Positions 24,800-35,300 of a DNA stretch of 64,000 bases are shown here, one piece after another. Source of the DNA: a virus; IMG/VR virus record IMGVR_UViG_3300043436_004480, positions 29,745 to 93,744 of that record; one strand, given 5' to 3'. Numbering within the stretch: the stretch's first letter is position 1; each line of letters opens with the position of its first letter. The notes below the pieces were generated by a model. It was not told the origin of the DNA, made no database searches, and saw only the letters and a list, made by a program, of their open reading frames with translations. A program made the translations under genes and the position numbers.

Positions 24800-26227
24800 A
24801 TGAGTGAATTAGAAAATGCTACACGCAGGCAGTACATTCAAAATACGAATACTGCCGGAACAAGAACAGGTGATCCTGCTGCAAATTTAGCAGAAGGTGA
24901 AATTGCAATTGTAGATAGAGCCGGAAAAATCATAACTGTTGGTGGTGCAAATCCATACACAGGAAATGCTTTGCAGAAAGAAATTGCAATTGTGCAGAAA
25001 CTTGACGGAAGTATTGATTATAGTCCGTGGTTTAAAACTTCGGATATTGAAGTTCTATCAAAAGAAGCTTACAAAGCACCAGATCAACAAGTTTTGGTTT
25101 TAGGTGTTGCAGGAACAGTTGGCAGAAATCCAGTTTGGACTGCTGCGGAAACATATCGAATGTCGGTGGAATTTGAAGACCGAACTCGTGTGGCTGCAAA
25201 TAGAAATCCTGAAAGATACTTTGTTTCAACTCTGGCTACAACTAGTCAAGCTGATAAATTAGCACTGTTTTCAGATTTCTTAGCCCAACTTCAAGCAGAT
25301 AACTATTGCAAAAAGTTTTGCAGAGCATATTTAACTGCAAATGGAAGTTTTGTTGCTTCTACAACAGCAGGAGCAAACGCAAACTCAACTTATGCATTTA
25401 CAAAAGGTTCTAAAACAGTAACCGTTACTATTTTAGGAACTGCAACTGTTGGAAACTCAGTTATTGCAGATGCTTGGTGGAAAATTTCAAATAATCCACA
25501 AACAAATTTAATTTCTGGCGCACCAGTCGCATCTTCTCCAGTTTATAAAATTGTAGCTGCATCTAATGCATCGCAAGTTTATACTTTGACTTTAGATCGT
25601 CCATACGAAGGTGAAACTCAGACTTTAACTTTAGGAGCAAACGCAGTTGCAACTCAAATTACAGTTATAGCTGCTGCAAATACAGCAACCGTTACTGAAT
25701 TTGGAATTGGAATTGTTGGTTTACGTCAGCCATTCGGAGAAAGAATTGGCAGACACATTGTAAGAGTCTATGCAAACTTGGGCGTAGATGATATAAATCG
25801 TGGAATAAGAACTTTAACCGAATCAAGTTCTTCAACTTCAATTCAAGAAGCAGATTACGGTGCAGGTGCTTGGGAAACAATTTTTGATATGGAAAGACAA
25901 AGTATGTTTGCAAATGGTTCTCAGAATCATGGAGAGTGCATTCGTATTCGTCCTGCATTTAGAACTTTGGAAAATGGAGCGTACAGTCTCTTTAGTATTT
26001 TTGTTAACAGCAAAACACAAAGAGCAATGTACACAACAGGAGTTGCACCACTTGCAATGCACATTGCAATAAATGCAGGAGCCGGTGCTGGATTTGAAAC
26101 CTCTGATACAACAATGGTTTATTTCAATACTGTATTAGGACTAATTGCAGTTGCTGAAAAAATCGTACCTGATTCAACGGCTTGGAACGCAGCATATACA
26201 AGTGGCGGTGTAACTATTGCATCGTAA
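24800..26227 (+). CDS. virion structural protein (possible auxiliary capsid protein with an inserted beta domain)
   Basis: A/T/G-rich 475 aa followed by a terminator; function by synteny. Confidence 0.55.
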   Translation: MSELENATRRQYIQNTNTAGTRTGDPAANLAEGEIAIVDRAGKIITVGGANPYTGNALQKEIAIVQKLDGSIDYSPWFKTSDIEVLSKEAYKAPDQQVLVLGVAGTVGRNPVWTAAETYRMSVEFEDRTRVAANRNPERYFVSTLATTSQADKLALFSDFLAQLQADNYCKKFCRAYLTANGSFVASTTAGANANSTYAFTKGSKTVTVTILGTATVGNSVIADAWWKISNNPQTNLISGAPVASSPVYKIVAASNASQVYTLTLDRPYEGETQTLTLGANAVATQITVIAAANTATVTEFGIGIVGLRQPFGERIGRHIVRVYANLGVDDINRGIRTLTESSSSTSIQEADYGAGAWETIFDMERQSMFANGSQNHGECIRIRPAFRTLENGAYSLFSIFVNSKTQRAMYTTGVAPLAMHIAINAGAGAGFETSDTTMVYFNTVLGLIAVAEKIVPDSTAWNAAYTSGGVTIAS

Positions 26228-26248
26228 TTACAGAATCTGTAAATTAAA

Positions 26249-26272
26249 AAAAGGGGGCGAAAGTCCCCTTTT
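26249..26272 (+). terminator. intrinsic terminator
   Basis: AAAAGGGGGC-GAAA-GTCCCCTTTT. Confidence 0.8.
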
Positions 26273-26298
26273 CTTGTTTTATTTAGTTATATTTGTAT

Positions 26299-26976
26299 AT
26301 GTTACTAAGTCAAATAGTTTACGACATTCTGAACACAGTTTCAAAAGGAGTTCCAGCAGATGATACTCCATATAGTGAACGTCATTTGGTTTATTTGATA
26401 AATAATACCAGAGCATTACTTATTCGTTCCGAAACTGAAAAAGGAAAAGAAATTGCTGGAAATATAGTTCAGAATTTAAAAGGCGTAAAAGTAACAAGAG
26501 AAAAATCATCTTTAACAGAATGTTGCAGTCCAAACCAATGTTTGTATGTAACAGAAAAAGAACTTCCTGTACCAATATCGACAAACAGCAAAACTTTGTT
26601 TACTTATGTTGGTAATGATAAAGGAAAATCTTTTCAGGCAACATCATATCAAAATATAAACTACGACAGATCTTCTTCTATAACTAAAAATATGACAAGG
26701 TATTTTTATTTAGAGAAAAGAATTTATATAGTTGCTCCTAGAAATGAGTCTGGTTTAGAATACATAAACATTCATGGAGTTTTTGAAGATCCTCATTTAG
26801 CAAACACATTTGCAACTTGTGAATGTGAAAACGGAGTTTGCGATTCATCAATCGAATTTGAATATCCAATAAAGTCAGATATGCTTTTAAATTTAAAGGA
26901 TATGATAGTTAAGAGAGATGTTGCTTATATGAACTCGTTTGTTAATGACAGTTTGAATAACACATCACCATCTTAA
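26299..26976 (+). CDS. tail ring protein
   Basis: LINNTRALLI, INIHGVFEDP and EYPI motifs; ATG at 26299. Confidence 0.72.
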   Translation: MLLSQIVYDILNTVSKGVPADDTPYSERHLVYLINNTRALLIRSETEKGKEIAGNIVQNLKGVKVTREKSSLTECCSPNQCLYVTEKELPVPISTNSKTLFTYVGNDKGKSFQATSYQNINYDRSSSITKNMTRYFYLEKRIYIVAPRNESGLEYINIHGVFEDPHLANTFATCECENGVCDSSIEFEYPIKSDMLLNLKDMIVKRDVAYMNSFVNDSLNNTSPS

Positions 26977-26977
26977 T

Positions 26978-27433
26978 ATGACAAACGCATACGATATTTC
27001 TTACTTTGTTTCATTTGATGAAACAATGAGCAAAGAAAAAGAAGTTCCTACTTTAAAATCATTATTTTTAAAAGCTGGAATAAAATACTCTTTGGCAAAA
27101 GAAATACTTACTGAATATTTTAAACTTGTTCCGCAGGCACTTGTAAATAACGGAGAATATTCATTTCCGGGATTAGGCAAAGTATCAATACGAAGATACA
27201 AAGGCAAGAGAACAAAAATGTTAGATTATAAGCATTATAAACTAACCGGAGAAATTCAGCATATTTATGATACTGAACTAGATAGAAACTATTTCAGATG
27301 TTTGTGGACAAGACCTTTTAATGCAGCTAGTCATAATTATAGATTATCAATATCTATAAGGTGTTTCAGAGCAATGAAAAAAACAATAGAAGATAACAAT
27401 CTTCAAAACAATTATCCTTTGCAGAAATCATGA
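26978..27433 (+). CDS. IHF/HU-like protein of the crAss-like tail module
   Basis: FPGLGKVSIRRYK...LDYK...YFRCLW pattern; synteny. Confidence 0.65.
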   Translation: MTNAYDISYFVSFDETMSKEKEVPTLKSLFLKAGIKYSLAKEILTEYFKLVPQALVNNGEYSFPGLGKVSIRRYKGKRTKMLDYKHYKLTGEIQHIYDTELDRNYFRCLWTRPFNAASHNYRLSISIRCFRAMKKTIEDNNLQNNYPLQKS

Positions 27434-28308
27434 ACATAACTTTTATAGATTACAGAGAAGCAATTTCTAAAGTTATTCGTGACTTAGCAATAAGGAATAA
27501 CGAAATTCCAGATCTAGATTTCATAGAATGGATTGCAGAATGTCTTAAAGATATTGGCTCTTATTATCAATTAGTAAGAACTAAAAAATTATTAACTGTA
27601 AATGATTACAGAGCATCTTTGCCATTAGAAGCGCATAGTGTAAATTCTATAAATGCATTTTGTGAATATGCATCGGCAAAAGCAATAATGTCAAATGCAG
27701 GAAGTTATCAAATAACTTACTACAATACGAAGATTGAAGAAATAGACGAACTTCTAACTACTGAAACGAATCCTGATATAATTGCAGATTTGGTAACGAA
27801 GAAAGAAATTTATAAAGCTACAAGGGACGAAAGAATTGCAGCAATTAACTATGTGCAACCAGAATATCCGGCAGATATGCTAGATCTCTTTTCTTTTTCT
27901 GGGACAATGCTCAATAGTGCAAAGTATATAGTTCAAGGTAGTTATATTGATGTTTCTTTTAGACATGGTTTTGTAGAAATAGAATATATGGCATTTCCAA
28001 CAGATGATTGCGGAATACCAATGATTCCAAATACACAAAACACAAAAACAGCAATATTCTGGAAAATTGTAATGCAGTTGTGCATTCAAGGAAGTTCGTT
28101 TATTAAAAACGATGCTTTAAAAAATCTTGATTATGTTACAAAACAATATCAAAGATTTACAGATATGGCAAGAGCAGAAATAAATACTCCTGATAGAGAA
28201 ACTATGATGAGGCTTGCAAATAGCTATCACAAGATGATTCCTACAAACAATGATTTCAGAACTAAGTTTGTAAATCTAGGAAAAGAAAGAGTTTTAAACT
28301 TACGATAA
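27430..28308 (+). CDS. tail tubular / ring protein
   Basis: IEWIAECLKDIG and IEYMAFPTDDCGIPMIP motifs; directly precedes the muzzle gene. Confidence 0.72.
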   Translation: MNITFIDYREAISKVIRDLAIRNNEIPDLDFIEWIAECLKDIGSYYQLVRTKKLLTVNDYRASLPLEAHSVNSINAFCEYASAKAIMSNAGSYQITYYNTKIEEIDELLTTETNPDIIADLVTKKEIYKATRDERIAAINYVQPEYPADMLDLFSFSGTMLNSAKYIVQGSYIDVSFRHGFVEIEYMAFPTDDCGIPMIPNTQNTKTAIFWKIVMQLCIQGSSFIKNDALKNLDYVTKQYQRFTDMARAEINTPDRETMMRLANSYHKMIPTNNDFRTKFVNLGKERVLNLR

Positions 28309-28309
28309 A

Positions 28310-31300
28310 ATGAATAGCTTCGAAAGAGGATTACATACTGAATTTGATCCAGCATTCCAACCAAAAGGATCTTATAGAGATTTAACAAATGCAGTTAGAG
28401 ATTTATCAGGAACTCTTTATTCGGAAAATGGAACTATTGAAATAATGAATATACCTACTGGTCTTAAACTGGTAGGTAAAATTCTTATTAACCAAACTCT
28501 AGTTTTGTTTCTTTCTAATTTGCAGTCAGGTTCTGAAAATGTATCTGAGATAGGAATTTATGAAAACGAGCAGTATGTACCTTACGTTTCAAATAGAATT
28601 AATTCTGGTGCAAAACTTCAATTGACAGAGGATGTATTCAGATTTAACGAATTTAATTTAGTTCCGGGAACAGGAAGAACAAATTACAATGGTGACTTGT
28701 TGATTTATTTTTCTGATGGAAACGGAGAAGCAAGAACAATAAATTTAACAAAAGTAGAAAGTGAAAACCCTTTAACTTTTGCAGAAGACAGTAAGCTTTT
28801 TATATCAAGATTAATTCCTGTAATAAATTATGTTTCTGTAACTGATGATGGAGAATGCTTATCCGGAGTTTATCAATTTGCAGCTAGGTATGTTACAAAT
28901 TCAGGAAATACTTCTCCGTTCGGATTTGTAACTAATCCTATTTCTATTGTAGATGAATCAGAAAATTCAAATTTTGGTCAATACGATGGATGTTTACCGC
29001 AAACACAAACTGCAAAATCTATAAACATAGAAGTAAGTCACTTAGACACAGATTACCCATTTATAGAAATAGCAATGCAGACTTATGTAGGTTTGCAGAA
29101 TACTCCTACATATAAAATTATTGCTCGTTTGCCAAATAACAAATCGGTAATAAGTTACAAATTCACAGGAAAAGAAGACAGAGGCTCAATAACAAAAGAT
29201 GAATTTATACAAGAAGGTGCATCTTATTCATTTGTTTCTTTTTATCAACAGAAAAATAATCATTTGTTAATTGCTGGACTTGCTGCAAAAAACGAAGACT
29301 TTGGATTTGAAGAACTTGCAAATAACATTGAGATAAAACTACAAGCTAGATTTACTTCTCCAAGTCAAAACAGAGTATTGTTTAATACTAGTGAATCTGA
29401 CGATGGAAGATTTCCTACTTATGTAGATAGTGATTATATAAATTATGGAAATACGCTAATTACAGGAAGAGGAAATATTATAGATTTAAAATCTCAGTCA
29501 TTAGGAGGAGCAAACACTTACAAATCTCCAGTTTTTGCAGCAGATAATAAATGTTATATGCCAGACGAAGTCTATTCGTTTGCATTCGTTCCTATTTTTA
29601 AAGATGGAACTTATGGATTTGCATATCCGATATTAGCAAAATCAACACTTCCAAAAACAGAACAAGATTTTGCTAATCTTTTAGGAGAAGACGACATTCT
29701 TGAAACTTTCAACCCTTTTACAGGAATCGGAACTTTGTTAAGATATGATTCAGAGGAAACTTATGCAGATGGAAATGAATCTAAAATCATAAGACATTTT
29801 AGATTTCCTCCGAAAAGATATTATGCAAAATTTGTAGAGGATGTTTATAAAGGAGAAGATGTTCCTAATCCAGCAAGACATAATGTTGTATATGGAATAC
29901 ATGTTTCAAATATAAACTTTACAGAAGCACAGAAAAAAGTATTACAAGGTTACGTGATTGTTCGTCAAAAACGAGATACGTTTCAAAACAAATCTGTATT
30001 ATCACAAGGTTTTGCAAAAAATTTCAGTAAAAACAATGCAGGAAACGTAACTGTTTGGGACATTCCTGTATTGGGAACTACGCAGTTGGAAAATTATCCT
30101 CCAGACGGAGGAACTGATTCAGACAGATTAGTCGGAATAAATACTTCTACTGGAGAACTTCTTTCTGCAACAATAGGTGATTATTGCAAATTTTATAGTC
30201 CTGATATTTTTCACAATGTTGAAACTGGACAGTTTGCAAAACAAATGTGTTATGGAGGAGATTTGAAAATATCTTTAGGGTATCTTGCACAAGGAGGAGG
30301 AACAAGTGTTCAACAAGATTTGTTTGTTGCTTCGTTAGAAAACACTAATTATACAAATGATAGTGCATACGATCAAGGTTTTTCAGACTTTATAGAAGAT
30401 AGGGCAAATTTAGGAACTGAACTAGAAGAAAGAACCATCATTGCAAACTTATTAAAAAACGTAAGCGCAGACAATTATTATGATACAAATTCTTTCTGGA
30501 GACCATCAGGACTAGATTATCAATCATTTGGTGATCAATCAAAAACATGTCTGTATAGATTAAACGGAAGATTAAAAAAGACTTATAATCGTCAAACTTT
30601 AGCTGGAGCAGATTTCAATTTTGTTAAATTACGCAGAGATAGTTCAAACAACGTAAGCGATTTCGATGGAAACAAGACCAAAAAAGTAAAACTTTCAACT
30701 CATTATATAAAAGCCAATAATACTCGTCAATACGGAAAGTTAGAAGAGGCTGAATATATGCAGGTTGGAGTTTCTTTTGATTTGAATGCAACTTCTATTT
30801 CTTTAATGGGCGGAGATTGTTATCTTTCTTATTATTGGATGAATTACAAAGAACTTTTATCTTTTGAGGGATTTAATCGCTCAATATTTACCATTGTTCA
30901 GTTACCTATTCTCTCAGAACAAAATTACAATTTAAGGCATTATGTAGAGGCTGGTTCAGGACAGACTGCACAGGACAGCGAAGGAACGCAGCCATACTAC
31001 CCTAAAGAAACTCGCATTTTTAATGGTAGTACCGGACAAAGAATTGGATTGGCAAATTTAGATATAAAAAATGGAGTTTCGTCTGGATATAATAAACAAT
31101 ACGGATTTCAGAATATAACTAAATCCTTTTTTGCAAAACCTTTTCTATATGAAAAAATAATTGACTTTAGTAATCGAGTTGCTTATTCTGATCAGTCAAT
31201 AGAAGGAGAACAACTAGATGCATTCAGAATATTCAAACAGAATAATTATCAAGATGTAACCAGACAGTTTGGAAAGATTTCTGATTTATTTGTATTTAAT

Positions 31301-32302
31301 GATGTACTTTATGCACATTGTGAAAATGCTTTATTTAGATTGTCTTTTTTAGAACAAACTGCATTAGTAACAACATCTGGAGAAGTAGAAGTTGGAGACG
31401 GTAAAAAGTTGATGAATTCTCCTAGAATTGTATATGATATAAACGGAGGATATGCAGGAACTACAACTCGTTGGGCAAATGTAAATACTCCGTTCGGAAG
31501 ATTCTTTATAGATACAAATCAGAAAAAAGTATTTTTGCTTTCCGATTCAATCAGAGAGATTTCTGATCTGGGTATGAAAAGATTGTTTTTTGAAAATCTA
31601 AAGCATAAAGAAAATTCATATTATAACAGATATATAGGCACTTATGATTATCAGAACGATAGGTATTTGTTGTTTGATACAGATCCTAGTTTTAGCTTTG
31701 CTTATTCATACCATCCGAAATCAGAAAGTTGGTTATCAAGACATACTTGGAAGCCACAGGATTTGTTTTACTTCGGAGCCAAACTCTTTTCTTTTTCTGG
31801 GGATAAGATGTATGCTCATACAGATAATAAGAATACACTTATTATTTATGGAAATAACGAAGAGTTTTCAATAACCGTAGTTGAAAACGAGCAAATAGTT
31901 CAAACGAAAAGATACGATAATGTTCGTATGTATTGTGAATTTTTCAGAAATACAAATAGTTCTGGAATAGAAACTATTATTGATCCGAAATCAGTATTAC
32001 CAATACATTTGGAAGAAAAAGGGTTATCATACAAAAACTTCTTTGATGAAGTTACAATATCAAATGATAATCATCTTGTAAACAAACCTTTTAGTTTTGA
32101 TATAAAAGATACAGAATCTGTACTTGTAAGAAGACTAAATTCTGAATATAGGTTTGCTATACCAAGAAATACAAATCCTGAAAAAGTAAAGCAACGTATT
32201 ACAGGAAAGTTTGCTATATTAAGCATCAGAAAAAACCAATCTGCTGGCGACTCTATAAAACTAAACTGGATAGATATTACTTCAACACCTTACGAGAGAT
32301 AA
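28310..32302 (+). CDS. tail stabilization / muzzle protein
   Basis: 1330 aa; NSFERGLHTEFDP, GVYQFAARY, EVYSFAFV, RVAYSD, FGRFFID, WLSRH; synteny. Confidence 0.8.
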   Translation: MNSFERGLHTEFDPAFQPKGSYRDLTNAVRDLSGTLYSENGTIEIMNIPTGLKLVGKILINQTLVLFLSNLQSGSENVSEIGIYENEQYVPYVSNRINSGAKLQLTEDVFRFNEFNLVPGTGRTNYNGDLLIYFSDGNGEARTINLTKVESENPLTFAEDSKLFISRLIPVINYVSVTDDGECLSGVYQFAARYVTNSGNTSPFGFVTNPISIVDESENSNFGQYDGCLPQTQTAKSINIEVSHLDTDYPFIEIAMQTYVGLQNTPTYKIIARLPNNKSVISYKFTGKEDRGSITKDEFIQEGASYSFVSFYQQKNNHLLIAGLAAKNEDFGFEELANNIEIKLQARFTSPSQNRVLFNTSESDDGRFPTYVDSDYINYGNTLITGRGNIIDLKSQSLGGANTYKSPVFAADNKCYMPDEVYSFAFVPIFKDGTYGFAYPILAKSTLPKTEQDFANLLGEDDILETFNPFTGIGTLLRYDSEETYADGNESKIIRHFRFPPKRYYAKFVEDVYKGEDVPNPARHNVVYGIHVSNINFTEAQKKVLQGYVIVRQKRDTFQNKSVLSQGFAKNFSKNNAGNVTVWDIPVLGTTQLENYPPDGGTDSDRLVGINTSTGELLSATIGDYCKFYSPDIFHNVETGQFAKQMCYGGDLKISLGYLAQGGGTSVQQDLFVASLENTNYTNDSAYDQGFSDFIEDRANLGTELEERTIIANLLKNVSADNYYDTNSFWRPSGLDYQSFGDQSKTCLYRLNGRLKKTYNRQTLAGADFNFVKLRRDSSNNVSDFDGNKTKKVKLSTHYIKANNTRQYGKLEEAEYMQVGVSFDLNATSISLMGGDCYLSYYWMNYKELLSFEGFNRSIFTIVQLPILSEQNYNLRHYVEAGSGQTAQDSEGTQPYYPKETRIFNGSTGQRIGLANLDIKNGVSSGYNKQYGFQNITKSFFAKPFLYEKIIDFSNRVAYSDQSIEGEQLDAFRIFKQNNYQDVTRQFGKISDLFVFNDVLYAHCENALFRLSFLEQTALVTTSGEVEVGDGKKLMNSPRIVYDINGGYAGTTTRWANVNTPFGRFFIDTNQKKVFLLSDSIREISDLGMKRLFFENLKHKENSYYNRYIGTYDYQNDRYLLFDTDPSFSFAYSYHPKSESWLSRHTWKPQDLFYFGAKLFSFSGDKMYAHTDNKNTLIIYGNNEEFSITVVENEQIVQTKRYDNVRMYCEFFRNTNSSGIETIIDPKSVLPIHLEEKGLSYKNFFDEVTISNDNHLVNKPFSFDIKDTESVLVRRLNSEYRFAIPRNTNPEKVKQRITGKFAILSIRKNQSAGDSIKLNWIDITSTPYER

Positions 32303-35300
32303 TGAAACATAAAAGTTGCAGGTGCAAAAACAAGAAAGGCGTTAAAAAGTACCAAATGGGTACTCAGAATATTAGCGCAGGAAGTAATACATTTCTAGAT
32401 TCTCCAGATTACAGAGAACTGGATGAAAAACTAGACAGAAAAGCAAATAGAGATGCAGCAGTAAGAAGTGCTGCTGTTATGGCAGGAGACGCAGCACTTC
32501 CGGGTTTAGGAACTGCAATTGGAATCGTAGATTCTTTTACCGACAGAACCAAAGATGAACATGGAATATATAAAAGTAAAGGAGCAGAAGTATTGGACAG
32601 AATAAGTCCTATACATAAAACAAAAGCTTTGTTTTCTGGTGACAGAGATGAAATATTAGATGCTGCTACTTTTGGTATTGCAGGAAAATCATCATCTGAT
32701 AAAGCAAAAGAACTAAAGAAAAAAGCAGAAGTTGAACTGAATCAAAGAGTTCAAAACAGAAAATATGCAGGAACTGATTCAACTTCTTTTCAATCTTCAA
32801 AACAATTCAGAAGAGGAACTTCTGGAGTTTCTAAATATACAAACGGATTAAAGAAAGCAAAGTCCATAGTTTCAGAAAATGATAAAACATATGATGAAAC
32901 AAAAGCACCAAAAGATGGTGATTTGTTGTTGCCAGATGTAAATAGACCTAGTTATAAAAACAAAGAAGGTCAGATTGTATCTGAAAATAAAATAACAGTA
33001 GGCTTTGACGATGGTGAATATGTAATACCGACAGTAGTTAATGGTAAACAACTATCAGAAGAAGAAGCAGTTGCAGAATTTAAACGTACCGGTTTACATA
33101 TGGGAAAATTCAATAGTTCAAAAGATGCAGATATATCTGCACAAAAAAGAACTATGAAATACAATGTTCTTGCAGATCCTGTTCGTAATCAGTCAGAACA
33201 GATCTATAAAAAAGGAACTTCTGGATTAAATAAAAACGGAGTAAAAAATACTCTTTGGAATAATATCAGAGCAAATAGAGGTTCTGGAAGAAAACCAACT
33301 GCTCAGATGTTAGAACAGGAAAAAAAGATCAAAGCTTCTGATAAATATGAAAAAGGAGGAGAAGTTTGGACAAGAAAAGAGGGGCAGGATCCTGACGGAG
33401 GACTTAATGCAAAAGGTAGAGCCGCATATAACAAAAAACACAATGCTAATTTAAAACCTCCACAACCAGAAGGAGGAAGCAGAAGAGATAGTTTTTGTGC
33501 AAGAATGAAAGGAATGAAAAGAAAGCTCACGTCTGCAAAAACAGCAAATGATCCTAACAGTAGAATAAACAAATCATTACGTGCTTGGAAATGTAAAACT
33601 GGTTGTGTGGTAACAAACTCGGAAAATATGAAAACTAAAAAGTATCCCGGTGGAGTAGCAGGATTAACAGGATTAAAAGGAATGGATTTATCTTTTATGA
33701 AAGATATGAATGTTCCTAATAGTACAACTACAAATTCTGCATCTGCACAATCTATGGGTTCTGGATTCGGTTCTGCATTTCAATCAGGAATGCAAAGTCC
33801 TTATGGTCAAGCTGCATTAGGATTAGTAAATACTTTTCTTGATAATCAAGAAGAAAAAAGAAAAAAGCGCAGAGACCAAGGTAAAATAAATAATTTTCCT
33901 ACTACTTTTGAAAAAGGAGGACAAGTGAGAAGTGGTTATAAACGTCAAGGTAAATTTAAAAATAGAATTACTGGCGGAGAAGGTTTTAATGTAGATAATA
34001 CAGGAAAAGCTGTAACAATTGGTAAAAAACTTTATAATAACCGCAGATCAGATGAAGAATTTGCAAAACTTCGTGTTGGTTACAGTTTAGATGGAATCAG
34101 AGAATTAGGTGCAGATGAACTTGCAGCAATTACTGATAAATCTAAACTTATTAGAGTTCGTGTAGGAGATGGAAAATATGGAGATAATAATTCTTTGTAT
34201 AGAGATAATGTTCCACAACCAGTTTCTCCACCAAATAGAACTCCATTTACACCACCTGCATTAGAAGCATATCCAGATGTAAATGATTATAATGGAGATA
34301 CTGAAGCTTGGCAGAGAGATTATGCAAATATAGAAAAAAGAAATAGAGAACTTCGCTCTAAATACAAACAGCTTGCAGATCAAAAGGCTGAAAATCAAAG
34401 AGACGACGTTCGTCCAGAAGATATAGATAACAACCGTTATACAGGAGTAGGTGTATCTTTTGAAGAAAGTAAAGCTAGAAGAGATGCCTACAAGAAAAGA
34501 AAGCTTGGAGAACAATCACAGTTAGAAAACACAACTGTTGCTGAACCTACAAGTTCTATTCCAAAACAGAATCTGGAAGAAGAAGTTCCTGTATTCAGCA
34601 AAGGGGGAAGATTTAAATACAAACAAAAACAAGTTATTGAAATAGAAGGAAAGAAAACTCCTGAAATTCATACTAGCGAAGATTTCGAACTTAAAAATTT
34701 AGGAACAGTTCCTCATTCAAAAGGAGGAAACAAAGTTGTTGCAGAAGAAGGAGATATTGTATTTCCTACTCAGAACAATCCTGAAAAGTTCAAACATATT
34801 GCAGAACTTATGAAAATGAAAGCTTCTGGAACAGAAGAACAGAAAGCTTATGCAGTTTCTCAATTAGAAAAAGAACGTCGTAAATTACCTGCTGATAAAG
34901 GTTCTAAATATCCAGACGGAACTAAGAAAGTTAAAAAAGGAAGATACAAAACAACTTCTATACAAACTCCAGACAAGTTGCCAACTGGAACAAATGCAGA
35001 CTATATAACTCGTAATCAAAACAGAAAAGACAGAAGATCTATTTATAACAAGTTAGGAACTTTTAAAAATAGAGCAACTGGCAGAACTGGTATTCAAACA
35101 GGAAATCCTGCATTTAATAATCAGTTATCAGATGCAGAATTTAACTCTGATAAGTATCAGCAAACTGCACAATTTGTAGTTTATGACAAAACTACAAATA
35201 AACCTATTCCTTATGATTCAGCAGTTCACAAAAGGGAAGATGCAGTTCGTGTAATTAAAGGTGCAAAAGGTGAACTATTAGTTGATCATGATGCAAATCA

